From the NCBI GenBank assembly GCA_964648725.1, contig CAZYOE010000001.1, positions 7,424-71,423 of the forward strand: a stretch of DNA of 64,000 bases, in the 5' to 3' direction. Within the stretch, counting starts at the first letter, position 1; the number at the start of each line of letters is the position of its first letter. The notes beneath the pieces were generated by a model, which was not told where the DNA came from, ran no database searches, and saw only the letters and a program-made list of their open reading frames with translations. This document shows positions 19,007 through 28,315 of this stretch, piece after piece. The position numbers were made by a program, and so were the translations under genes. The DNA comes from an uncultured Pseudobdellovibrionaceae bacterium. Lineage in GTDB: Bacteria > Bdellovibrionota > Bdellovibrionia > Bdellovibrionales > Bdellovibrionaceae.

Positions 19007-19921
19007 ATGGAATTGAGGCTTAAATTGGAACTGGAAAGCATTCGCTACTTTATTAAGGTTATCGAGCAAAAAAGCTTTAATAAAGCCGCTCAAATATTGA
19101 ATGTACCCAAATCGAATATCAGTAAGTCCATTTCAAGACTGGAAAATCAACTTAGTACCAAGCTAATTCAACGAACCACACGTAATTTAACGCTCACGCC
19201 TGCGGGGCAGCATCTCTTTGCTCAGTGTCAGTCGGCCATATATCAACTAGAGTCGGCAAATCAAACGCTATTAGGTTCTGACAAAGTCCTCGCGGGACCC
19301 GTTCGATTAACGGCGCCCGAAGATTTAGGAGCTTTTGTGATTGCTCCAGCCATTGCTGATTTAACCAAGGCGCACTCAAAAATTACTTTTGAGCTCAATT
19401 ATACGGACCAAGTAATTGACCTCGTCAAAGATGGTTATGACCTTGCCGTTCGAATTGGCCAACTCAATCAGAGTCGATTTAAAGCTAAAAAGGTTGGAGA
19501 AATAAATCTCATTATGGTGGCCTCTCCTACCTATTTGAGGAAAACAAAACGAATTCATCACCCGAAAGAACTGGTGGATCATGAATGTATTAGCTTTCGG
19601 GCACGCTCGCTTTCGCAACAATGGACTTTGCGTTCACAGAATTCAAAGCTGAACATTGCCGTAAAGAGCAGGGTTACTAGCAATCAAATGACGAGCCTCC
19701 TTCAAATTGTTCAAAACGATGTTGGTGTGGCACTTATTCCAGCCTACCTTTGCCAAAACCGAATAAAGGAAGGTAGCCTCATTCAGGTTTTGCCAAATTG
19801 GACCAGCCATGGCATGCCAGTTTACCTGATTTCACCAAACCCAACGGCCCTTTCTGCGCGAATCAAATTAACCAGCGACCACTTGGCCGAGCGACTCAAG
19901 GATGCGCTCGCATTCACCTGA
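19007..19921 (+). CDS. LysR-family transcriptional regulator
   Basis: 304 aa. N-terminal wHTH FNKAAQILNVPKSNISKSISRLE plus a LysR substrate-binding region. Confidence 0.9.
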   Translation: MELRLKLELESIRYFIKVIEQKSFNKAAQILNVPKSNISKSISRLENQLSTKLIQRTTRNLTLTPAGQHLFAQCQSAIYQLESANQTLLGSDKVLAGPVRLTAPEDLGAFVIAPAIADLTKAHSKITFELNYTDQVIDLVKDGYDLAVRIGQLNQSRFKAKKVGEINLIMVASPTYLRKTKRIHHPKELVDHECISFRARSLSQQWTLRSQNSKLNIAVKSRVTSNQMTSLLQIVQNDVGVALIPAYLCQNRIKEGSLIQVLPNWTSHGMPVYLISPNPTALSARIKLTSDHLAERLKDALAFT

Positions 19922-20663
19922 GTCTTAAAAAAAACAGCCCAGTAATCATAATGCCACCTGCTAGCCAAAAAGAAACTCCAAGATTCAACAATAACGGACC
20001 CCTGGGATCGTCACGCAAAAGCTCCATTATGATTCGATTTAATCCATGGCCAATAAGCCATAGACCAAAAAGTTGGCCCGATCTAAGGAGATGTCCTTTT
20101 CGTTTTTCAAAAGCGATCAATATACAAAAAACAATAAACTCACCAATAGAGGCAAAAATCTGAGTGGGGTAACGAGCAATAGTTTCCCCGGATTGTTCCA
20201 AATGATGAAAGTGAACTCCAAAAAAAGACTCCGTGGGTTTGCCATAACAGCAGCCTTGGAAGAAACAGGCCCAGCGCCCCAAAGAATAACCTAGTGCAAG
20301 TATCGGAGCGAATAGGTCAAGCCAAGGCAAAACAGGGTGACCAGCGCGACGAATCCAAACTAAGCCAACTGCAACGGCCCCGAAGAGTCCTGGCAAAATG
20401 ACATAGCCTCCCTCCCACAGCCGAAAAATATGGGATGGATTCTCAAAATAAAACTCTGGGAATTCATAAAACACATGAAACATCCGAGCACTCAATAGGC
20501 CTGCAATGGAAGAGATAATCCCAATATCAAGAGCAAGCCTAACTGGAAAACCCAGTTTTTGACTGCGATGCTTTAACCAAAAAAGCATCAGGCAAAAATC
20601 CAAGCTGATGGTAACGAAATAAGTCGAAAATGACCAAGATCCGATATGAAGTTCTGGGTGCAT
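19914..20663 (-). CDS. lgt: Prolipoprotein diacylglyceryl transferase
   Basis: 249 aa polytopic protein. LWEGG, GRWACFFQGCCYGKP, YPTQIFAS motifs. Confidence 0.9.
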   Translation of the reverse strand: MHPELHIGSWSFSTYFVTISLDFCLMLFWLKHRSQKLGFPVRLALDIGIISSIAGLLSARMFHVFYEFPEFYFENPSHIFRLWEGGYVILPGLFGAVAVGLVWIRRAGHPVLPWLDLFAPILALGYSLGRWACFFQGCCYGKPTESFFGVHFHHLEQSGETIARYPTQIFASIGEFIVFCILIAFEKRKGHLLRSGQLFGLWLIGHGLNRIIMELLRDDPRGPLLLNLGVSFWLAGGIMITGLFFLRLR

Positions 20664-20676
20664 CTCCTATGAACCT

Positions 20677-21231
20677 TTAAACACTAGTGGGGGCAGAATT
20701 CGTAGCCGTCTTCTTTTCAAACCACATTAATGCAATGAGAACCATCACACCTAGTACAATAGCACTATCTGCGACGTTGAACGCCGGCCAACTATACTTT
20801 TCATAGAGATGAAAGTCCAAAAAGTCGATAACATAACGAAAACGAATACGATCAATATAATTCCCGATGGCTCCACCAAAAATGCTGCTTAACGCAAAAA
20901 TTTGCCAACGATCTTTATCCGATACGCCTCTTAAAATCGCGAGAATGATGATCATTGCAATCGGTGGGATTAAGAGAAAAAATATTTCACGAAACTCAGG
21001 ATGGCTCTCAGCTAAAAAACCAAAGGCGGCGCCTGGGTTTCGAACATAGGTAATGTTAAAGAAGTTTTGAATCACCGTGATTGATTCACCTAATTGAAAG
21101 CGCGTGTGAATATAAAGCTTGGTTACTTGATCCAAAGCTACTGCAAACGTTGACCAAGCGATCAGAAAAACATATTTAAACTTCATGATGAATCCCCAAT
21201 ATACAATGAAAAACTCTATGAAGTTTAGCAT
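20677..21231 (-). CDS. lspA: Lipoprotein signal peptidase (signal peptidase II)
   Basis: DQVTK, NPGAAFGF, GGAIGNYIDR, FNVADSAI motifs. An internal ATG at 21186 is an alternative start. Confidence 0.9.
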   Translation of the reverse strand: MLNFIEFFIVYWGFIMKFKYVFLIAWSTFAVALDQVTKLYIHTRFQLGESITVIQNFFNITYVRNPGAAFGFLAESHPEFREIFFLLIPPIAMIIILAILRGVSDKDRWQIFALSSIFGGAIGNYIDRIRFRYVIDFLDFHLYEKYSWPAFNVADSAIVLGVMVLIALMWFEKKTATNSAPTSV

Positions 21232-21271
21232 CTAGTGAGGTCATCACACAATAATCTATTTTTCTTATCGG

Positions 21272-21925
21272 TTAAAATTGCGAACGCATCTTCTGATAAC
21301 CCATCGCAATTAACAAACGAACCGCTTCGGTTTCAGAACTCAAATTAAAATGGTTTTTAACTTCCTGAATCATTGTCCAGCTGCGCGCATCCAATACACT
21401 CCGCAAATCCTGCCCCTGAGGGACATTAACCATAGCATTAAAGAGTGGTAACCCAGGGTCTGGAGCTAATGAGGCAATGCTAGGAACTGGTGGTGTGGCT
21501 ATTGCTCCAATTGGCATTTGAGGCATCAAAGGGCCTGCAGGGGTTTGCGTTTGGGGGACTGAAAATGCAGAAGTCTGACTCGATGGCGGCGCGGAAGGAG
21601 GGACCGTTAATGAAGACGTGGCTGATGACGCTGCTGTATATGGACTTCGATCCGCAACTGCGGCGGTTGCAGAACTCTTGGCGCCCAGTTGACTCTCATC
21701 AAACTCACCCATCATTGACGCGAGGTTTTTTAGCTCAGTCTTAAAGCCTTGAAGATTTGTTCGACTGAGATAATTCTCACCATGCATTTGGGCTTTTGAG
21801 TAGAGCGCCACAAGAACATCCGGTGACTTTGCCAACTCCTGGACGTGAGGGGGCTGAGACCGTAACCAATTATAGGCCTGAATCAGAGTCTCTTTTGTGT
21901 AAGCCTGAGGTGGCAAATGCATCAT
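21272..21925 (-). CDS. Hypothetical protein with a P/S/T/A-rich central linker
   Basis: 217 aa. Two small ordered ends separated by ~90 aa of low complexity (SSATSSLTVPPSAPPSSQTS...). Confidence 0.45.
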   Translation of the reverse strand: MMHLPPQAYTKETLIQAYNWLRSQPPHVQELAKSPDVLVALYSKAQMHGENYLSRTNLQGFKTELKNLASMMGEFDESQLGAKSSATAAVADRSPYTAASSATSSLTVPPSAPPSSQTSAFSVPQTQTPAGPLMPQMPIGAIATPPVPSIASLAPDPGLPLFNAMVNVPQGQDLRSVLDARSWTMIQEVKNHFNLSSETEAVRLLIAMGYQKMRSQF

Positions 21926-22051
21926 CTGAATTATTCTTAGTCAAAGTTTAGGATTAGTGTGAACTGAAGGGTTTTAACGCTCGCCACAAAGAACGGCAAC
22001 TAAAACCCCTAATTGAACCTTAAATCCTCTGGAAACGGTGCTCCAAGCGGA

Positions 22052-23557
22052 TTACAAAGTATAGTCTTTTGCATTTATACCGTATTTTTCGATTTTCCTT
22101 AATAAAGTTTTTTTAGGAATATTTGCATGAAGTGCTGTCTGATTAATACGCCCACGAAATGCCTTTAAAGCCCTGATAATAAAGTCCTTTTCAAAAGCTT
22201 CCTTCTGCATATTAAAATCAAAGGTTGGATCAGAAACAGAGGCACCGGCTGGATGCTCAAAATCCTCCTCGGCATCATCACCCAAATCCATTTCCAAACC
22301 TAATTGTGCAGTCGGTGCTAATGCAAACGCCACTGGAGTTTCAGTATTGGCAAGAACCTCCTGCCAATCTTTAAGAGTGATCCCCACTGCCTGAAGTACA
22401 AACTCTGGTAAGGACGCTAGAGTAATCTGATCGGAATTCTCCATTACAAAGGCGTGTTCAATCACGTTTTCAAGTTCACGAATATTTCCCGGCCAATCAT
22501 AGCGAATCAAAACCTGCATCGATGCAGGATCAACACCAGTGACTTTTTTGCTATGAACTTGGTTGAACTTGCGAACAAACAAATTGATCATGGTGGGTAT
22601 ATCGTCTCTGCGCTCGCTCAACTGAGGGAGAAATATAGGAATAACATTTAAACGATAAAATAAATCCTCTCTAAACGTTCCTTGCTTAATCATGTCTTCG
22701 AGGGGTCTGTTTGTCGCAGCGATGATTCTCACGTTGGTTTGAATTTCCCGCAATGATCCCACGGGAGTAAAAACTTTTTCTTGTAAAACTCGGAGCAACT
22801 TGACTTGCATGTGCAAGGGCAAATCACCCACTTCATCTAAAAAGAGGGTTCCTCCCTCGGCAAATTGAAATTTGCCGATTTTGCGTTGATCGGCTCCAGT
22901 AAAAGACCCTTTTTCATGACCAAAAAATTCTGATTCAAATAAGTTTTCCGGAACGGCAGAGCAATTAACTGCTACAAATTTTTCATCTTTGCGAGCCGAA
23001 TTGAAGTGAATGGCTCTTGCCACCACCTCTTTACCTGTTCCTGAGGCTCCTCGAATCAAAACTGGAGTATCTACTTTAGATACGCGTTCGATAATACTGA
23101 ACACCTTCTGCATTTGTGCAGTATTCCCGATAATTTTACGACCTTGCTCCATTAAAACGGGTGCCGACACCGCAACATTAGAGATTAATCGATGGGCCTC
23201 AATAGCTTTTTCTAAAACTTGAATGAGGTCATCACCACTGACGGGCTTTGCCAAATAGTTATAGGCACCATCTTTGACTGCTTGCACAGCATTATCAATC
23301 GTTGCAAAAGCGGTCATAATTAAAACGATAGTCTCAGGGTTAAGGGCTTTAATTTGTTTGAGTGCTTCAAGACCTGAAAGGCGTGGCATATCGACATCAA
23401 GGATGACAACGTCGAAAGACTGCCTTTTTACTTTTTCCAAGGCATCAATGCCGTCAAAAGCTTCTTCAACTTCGTACTTTTGAGTGCTTAAAAGCACACC
23501 TTTTAAGGCAGTTCTTAGGCCTTGATCATCATCAACAACCAGCACTCTGAGCGCCAT
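22052..23557 (-). CDS. NtrC-family sigma-54-dependent response regulator (REC + AAA+ + HTH)
   Basis: ATG at 23557 behind a GGGAGGA SD (the ORF track starts at GTG 23575). REC VLVVDDD...ILDVDMPRLSG...KP. GASGTGKE, ESEFFGHEKGSFTGA. C-terminal HTH after a long acidic linker. Confidence 0.9.
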   Translation of the reverse strand: MALRVLVVDDDQGLRTALKGVLLSTQKYEVEEAFDGIDALEKVKRQSFDVVILDVDMPRLSGLEALKQIKALNPETIVLIMTAFATIDNAVQAVKDGAYNYLAKPVSGDDLIQVLEKAIEAHRLISNVAVSAPVLMEQGRKIIGNTAQMQKVFSIIERVSKVDTPVLIRGASGTGKEVVARAIHFNSARKDEKFVAVNCSAVPENLFESEFFGHEKGSFTGADQRKIGKFQFAEGGTLFLDEVGDLPLHMQVKLLRVLQEKVFTPVGSLREIQTNVRIIAATNRPLEDMIKQGTFREDLFYRLNVIPIFLPQLSERRDDIPTMINLFVRKFNQVHSKKVTGVDPASMQVLIRYDWPGNIRELENVIEHAFVMENSDQITLASLPEFVLQAVGITLKDWQEVLANTETPVAFALAPTAQLGLEMDLGDDAEEDFEHPAGASVSDPTFDFNMQKEAFEKDFIIRALKAFRGRINQTALHANIPKKTLLRKIEKYGINAKDYTL

Positions 23558-24330
23558 AGTTCCTCCCGGCCACACTTAACCTTGCCAATTTACGTCCCGT
23601 GCCAGTCATAACTCATTGTATTAAAATAACAAGTATAAAAATCTTTGAGGGCGCTCAAAAAAAATCTAATGACTTTTACTATTCATTAGTAATTTTAACA
23701 ATTTAAAGAGGCGGTTTTCACCCTCAATTGTGACGACTTTCCCAAGGAGCTGTCAATTCAGTTTGGAATGGCATTGCCCGTTGTTCCTTGCCGGGTCTCC
23801 GAAGGGTCTCCGAATTATAGAAGGTGACTCAATTTGTTAGGACCTAGGTCGAATATTGTTTTAGAAAGAAAAAAGTCCATCAAACAAGACCTTTCGCATA
23901 AGCTTTAATTACCAGAAAAAACTCGCGGAGGTACAAGGATGGACTTCTCTAATCTCATCACTATTGCTCTAGACGATTAGGAATTCCAAAGCGGAAAGTA
24001 TGGCTTTCCAGAGGCCCTCAAAAGCCGGTCACAAAGAGCTTTCGAGTGACTTGAATGGGGCGTTTTCAACAATTTGCTGCTAAACAAGGATTATGTTTCA
24101 GCGGACGGGCGTGAAAATGGACTATTCAAAATCCTCCAAAGATGCGGTTATTTAAACTCAAAATACATTGATACAACTGGATTGTTTTGGGGACCAAATA
24201 ACAAGTTGGCACAAAGTACCCCCTTCTAATAAACGGAGAGGGCTTGCTCTTTCTGATTTGCAGGGCCCTTTCGTCAAAGACTTCGACACTCCCCAGTAGC
24301 ATTAAACAGCTTTTGTTTGCCCCGCGACCC

Positions 24331-24346
24331 TGGCATGAATGTCGCA
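24331..24346 (+). promoter_or_regulatory. Sigma-54 (-24/-12) type promoter
   Basis: TGGCAT-gaatg-TCGCA: GG and GC are separated by exactly 10 nt (consensus TGGCAC-N5-TTGCA). Lies ~40 nt upstream of the SD/ATG at 24384. Confidence 0.55.
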
Positions 24347-24383
24347 TAAAGAAAACTACACGATGATGAAAGGGAGAAAACAA

Positions 24384-24860
24384 ATGAATTCCGCAAAATC
24401 CTATTGGATAGCTTCATTATTAACAGTTTGTCTTTTTGCAAGCGGTTGCGCTACAGATATCAGTTCAAATTCTTACTCTGACGCCCACGTAGGAGAGGCC
24501 GCCCGCAGCTACCGTGGAGTAGTGGTTAAAGTTCGTACCGTAAAAGTCGGACCAGATCAGCTAGAGAAAAGTAAAGCGGGAACGATGGTTGGTGGAGCTT
24601 CAGGTGCTGCGATCGGCAGTCAATTTGGATCTGGAACCGGAAAGTTAATTATGACCGGTGTCGGAGCCGTGGCTGGAGCTATCGGCGGAGCCTATGCAGA
24701 AAAATCGATGAAAAGTCAAAATGCCTTAGAAATCACAATTGAACTGAAAAATGGCGATATGCGAACAGTTGTTCAAGGAGCTGATGTTAATTTCTCAACA
24801 GGCGAAGCCATAATGCTTATGACTTATAAAAAAGGCAGATCAAAAATCGTTAAACTTTAA
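24384..24860 (+). CDS. Glycine-zipper outer-membrane lipoprotein (SlyB / 17-kDa antigen-like)
   Basis: ATG at 24384 behind an AAGGGAG SD (the ORF track ATG at 24339 lies inside the promoter). Lipobox LFASGC. Gly-zipper GGASGAAIGSQFGSGTGK...GVGAVAGAIGGAYA. Confidence 0.75.
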   Translation: MNSAKSYWIASLLTVCLFASGCATDISSNSYSDAHVGEAARSYRGVVVKVRTVKVGPDQLEKSKAGTMVGGASGAAIGSQFGSGTGKLIMTGVGAVAGAIGGAYAEKSMKSQNALEITIELKNGDMRTVVQGADVNFSTGEAIMLMTYKKGRSKIVKL

Positions 24861-24917
24861 AACTTAGTAGTTTTTAACTTACATTCGAGAAAAAAATTCT
24901 GGCACAGTGTAAATTTA

Positions 24918-26783
24918 TTAGTTGGTTAATGGGAGCTCAATCGTAAAGGTTGAGCCCTTGTTTTCCTCACTTGATGCTGTCAACGTTCCGTTGTGCAACT
25001 CAACAAAGTACCTCGATAAGTATAAGCCCAAGCCTGATCCCTTAACCTCTGAATTCTTAGCCTTTCTGCTTCTGAAAAATTTCATAAATAAACGCGGCAA
25101 CTCATCGTCTGGAATTCCAATTCCTTGATCCTTCACCTGAATAAAAACCTTATTATCTTTTTCTTCTGTTTTCACCGTGATCTGCGCTTCCGTCGGACTG
25201 TACTTGATAGCATTTTCCACGAGATTTAAAATTACTTGGCGAATCAAATCAGGATCGATTTTCATGCTGAACAGAGGTTCAAGCTCTTTAATAACTTTTA
25301 TCTTTTTCTCTTTCGCTAAATAGTCTGTTTTCTGCAGAACCTCTTCAATTAAAGTATTCACGTCTTTGCTCTTCAAATTGAGTTGCACGCCTTCCGTTTC
25401 CAAACGGCTAAAGTTAAGAATCGAACTAATAAAATTCAGCAAATCCTCTGTGGAGCTCTGAATCGATTTAACCGCCTGCCGTTGGTCATCACTCAGTGCG
25501 TTTTTATCGCGAAGAACAATTTCAATCATCCCTTGAATTCTGGCCAAGGGTGTTTTCAGATCATGCGACATCATTCCAATGAAGTTGTTTTTGAGTTCTT
25601 CAACCTGTGTAAGCAATTTATTTTTTTGATAAAGCTCCCAACTTCGCCGATTTTCCATAATGAGGCGATAGGGAATCAAAAAATAATAGGCCACAAAAAC
25701 CCCAAGCAATGGATGAGCCATATTAATCCAATACCCAAATGGCCAAAATGCGATGAAGGAACTGGTTGCAAAAACTAATAGTGTGATCCCTAGAACGGTC
25801 ATTCCTTTGATCGGCTTCATCGCCAAAACAACTTCAAGTGACAAAATTACCAAGAGCATTACGATCAAAAAATTGATCCAGCGAGGTATCGCTTTTACCC
25901 CTGAGTTACGAATGAGTGAGTTTAACATATTAGCATGGGCCTCAACAGCAGTCATCGCTGTAACCTGCCGCGAATATGGAGTTTTAATATACTCATGAGT
26001 GCTTTGCCCAAGATCCGTTCCCACAAAAATAATCTTGTTGTTGAATCGGCCTTTGGTAAATTTGGAGCCCACTATGTCAATAAAACTTGTTTTAGGAAAA
26101 GTGCCGGCAGGAGCCATGTCTATATAGGCCTGCTCGCTATCATAAAAATCAAAACGACCTCGTATATTATGGGGCAAGGCACGCTCAGGAATAACTTGGC
26201 TAGCTAAATACGGATGGAACAAAATATTGCCTTGATACGTTAGCATCATTCGTCTGGTCACACCATCCTGAGCTAAAATCTTCGAATCCGAAGTAATCGG
26301 ACCCGACAAAACACGAATTTCCCTGAGTGGGCCAGGCAAATCAAACTTACCAACCTCACCGCGCATCGCAAGCTCATCGGTGACAAAATAAAATCCCGGC
26401 AACGAGAGGGCAAGTTCGGCAAAAACTTTGCGTTCAGAATCTTTACCGACTAGATCTTTTGGGTTAAGCAGGTAAACGACCACTTTGGGGTTTTCATTTT
26501 TCAATTGAGTTAAAAACCGAATATGTTGTTGAAGAGTGGGTATGCCTGGAGCGGTCTGAACTGTAACAGGATCTATAATAACTGTCTCGATCAGCTTACT
26601 CGCCAAAGGAGCAGGCCTAATCATAGTCCGTAAGTCATAAAGATAAGATTCAAAGTAATCAAGAGGCAGTAAGAGAACAACGACCGAAATAATTGCCGCC
26701 AAAATCCATCGTAATAGCCTAAAGGAAGTTCTTTTATTCAGTTTTTTAATAAGTAGATTCGCACTTCCTTGCGACTTTCGCAC
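24918..26783 (-). CDS. CHASE2-domain sensor histidine kinase
   Basis: 621 aa. N-terminal TM, ~270-aa extracytoplasmic domain, three clustered TMs, H box MSHDLKTPL, N/G boxes (NLVENAIKYS, DQGIGI, GSGLGL). Confidence 0.85.
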   Translation of the reverse strand: MRKSQGSANLLIKKLNKRTSFRLLRWILAAIISVVVLLLPLDYFESYLYDLRTMIRPAPLASKLIETVIIDPVTVQTAPGIPTLQQHIRFLTQLKNENPKVVVYLLNPKDLVGKDSERKVFAELALSLPGFYFVTDELAMRGEVGKFDLPGPLREIRVLSGPITSDSKILAQDGVTRRMMLTYQGNILFHPYLASQVIPERALPHNIRGRFDFYDSEQAYIDMAPAGTFPKTSFIDIVGSKFTKGRFNNKIIFVGTDLGQSTHEYIKTPYSRQVTAMTAVEAHANMLNSLIRNSGVKAIPRWINFLIVMLLVILSLEVVLAMKPIKGMTVLGITLLVFATSSFIAFWPFGYWINMAHPLLGVFVAYYFLIPYRLIMENRRSWELYQKNKLLTQVEELKNNFIGMMSHDLKTPLARIQGMIEIVLRDKNALSDDQRQAVKSIQSSTEDLLNFISSILNFSRLETEGVQLNLKSKDVNTLIEEVLQKTDYLAKEKKIKVIKELEPLFSMKIDPDLIRQVILNLVENAIKYSPTEAQITVKTEEKDNKVFIQVKDQGIGIPDDELPRLFMKFFRSRKAKNSEVKGSGLGLYLSRYFVELHNGTLTASSEENKGSTFTIELPLTN

Positions 26784-26824
26784 ACGGCCTCCCTCTTCAA
26801 TTAAAACTGAAGATATACGGAGGT

Positions 26825-26983
26825 TTAGTCCCGATCAATAATATTTCCTGTGGGGACACATCCATGACCTTCTGTCATAAGAATAGAGCTTTTAACTCCC
26901 TTGGATTTTTTGTCCTTAATCTTGCTTTCGAAACTGTTTTTAGACTCAATTGATTTCGGCTTACATAGCTTAATGTGTTTCAT
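26825..26983 (-). CDS. 52-aa Lys-rich small peptide; candidate precursor peptide for the upstream radical SAM enzyme
   Basis: AGGAGG-N7-ATG (ATG at 26983), 14 nt before the rSAM stop codon. Sequence: MKHIKLCKPKSIESKNSFESKIKDKKSKGVKSSILMTEGHGCVPTGNIIDRD. The ORF-track start at 27007 has no SD. Confidence 0.55.
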   Translation of the reverse strand: MKHIKLCKPKSIESKNSFESKIKDKKSKGVKSSILMTEGHGCVPTGNIIDRD

Positions 26984-28262
26984 CGGAAGACCTCCTATAT
27001 TTTTCATAATACATCAGTGAAGTAAGGATCAAGCTTTGGGTTCGATCACAGAAAATTGGATCAACCTTTAAGCTGCTCCCTGAACTTTTTTTGTGGGTAT
27101 AATTACATCCACCACCACAAAGATATTTAGCCCAGCATGTTCGGCAGAGATTTTTTTCATTTTGGGGAGCTCGATATTCTGCTAACTTTTCAACTTGAAT
27201 CTCGTTACCTGAATTAAGTTTTAAAGTTTTTTCATTTATATCCCAAGGGCATGCATAAAGATCCCCTTTTGCGTCCATTGAAAGCAAAGACTTACCGGAG
27301 CCACAAAAGTTCTCCAAGCGCAGCTGTTCATCAAGACGCTGAAATAGCCCGTCAAAGATTCTGATCTTGCGAAGCTCATCCTCCCCGCCAATTTTATCGG
27401 CGTACTCAGCAACGGCATGCATCCCTCGACTAAAGTCCTGACTCGCATGTGCATCAAAATCGGTGTGAGAATAGTTTAATTCGTAGAAGTCAAAGTCCCA
27501 CTTGAGGAAGTATTTATAGGCATCTACCACTGCCACGTGGTCTTTGTGGAAAACCGCCGCCAATCCTACGCTCGGTAGACGGTTCTTAATTTCACGAATA
27601 CAATGAAGACCCTTTTCCAATTCAACGCTTGAACCCTGCCCGCCTTTTTGAGGACGAAAATGATCTTGAACTTCGGGCGGACCATCTACACTGACCGTTA
27701 CCGCCATTCGATATTCCAAAAGTAGCTGGAGGACATTATTATCAGACAATCGGGTTCCATTAGTGACTACCGCAAACCGCAAGGCCACTTCCGCTTTTTC
27801 TGCAAATTCTTTGGCTCGCTCAGCTATTACTCTGATGATCTCAGGGTACAATAAAGGCTCACCCCCTAAGAAATTGATCTGAAATCTCTCACCGGGAAGG
27901 CATCTTGACACTAACCACCCTAGTTGTGGCAAAGCCATATTAAGATCAATTTTTACAATTGGAGCCCCATATGAGCCATCCCCACCTGCTGCGCAATAAG
28001 CACACCTTAAATTACAAAGCTGCGTTGAATTTATGGTAAGTGTCTTAACTTTTTGCTCATTAGATGATTTCCGCACACTTGTATTTATTGAATCAGACCA
28101 AGCCTTTAACTCAGAAAGTTCCTCACCTGGCTCACCTTTTTTTAAGGCTCCCCATAACTCTTCACTCAACTGAGCTACTTCAAGGTTTTCATTATGAAAA
28201 CCCATAATTTCTCCTGAAGAAAGTTTAAAGATGCTTATTTTTTCAAACTGTACTGGTGTCAT
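26970..28262 (-). CDS. Radical SAM / SPASM-domain enzyme (peptide-maturase-like, anSME superfamily)
   Basis: 430 aa. CNLRCAYC at residues 83-90, GGEPLLYP. SPASM cysteines CGSGK...GDLYACPW, CRTCWAKYLCGGGC, ...IFC. ~75-aa N-terminal extension before the SAM cluster. Confidence 0.85.
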   Translation of the reverse strand: MTPVQFEKISIFKLSSGEIMGFHNENLEVAQLSEELWGALKKGEPGEELSELKAWSDSINTSVRKSSNEQKVKTLTINSTQLCNLRCAYCAAGGDGSYGAPIVKIDLNMALPQLGWLVSRCLPGERFQINFLGGEPLLYPEIIRVIAERAKEFAEKAEVALRFAVVTNGTRLSDNNVLQLLLEYRMAVTVSVDGPPEVQDHFRPQKGGQGSSVELEKGLHCIREIKNRLPSVGLAAVFHKDHVAVVDAYKYFLKWDFDFYELNYSHTDFDAHASQDFSRGMHAVAEYADKIGGEDELRKIRIFDGLFQRLDEQLRLENFCGSGKSLLSMDAKGDLYACPWDINEKTLKLNSGNEIQVEKLAEYRAPQNEKNLCRTCWAKYLCGGGCNYTHKKSSGSSLKVDPIFCDRTQSLILTSLMYYEKYRRSSDETH

Positions 28263-28315
28263 TTCGGCTTCCCATGGTCCAAAACAGGACTAACCTCAAG
28301 GACTACTGCAAATTA

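Noticed and set aside
21995-22011. Weak -24/-12-like sequence TAGGGGttttaGTTGCC upstream of ORF 21272..21925.
   Set aside because: The GG-N10-GC spacing is right, but the -24 half lacks the conserved C-A after the GG. Too degenerate to call.
24126-24383. 85-aa minus-strand ORF in the large intergenic gap.
   Set aside because: It has no SD, it overlaps the sigma-54 promoter and 5' end of the lipoprotein gene, and it has no recognisable motif.
26795-26812. Small hairpin (cttca-N8-tgaag) between the peptide gene and the CHASE2 kinase gene, considered as a precursor-stabilising attenuator.
   Set aside because: It is only 5 bp, AT-rich and has no U-tract. That is indistinguishable from chance.
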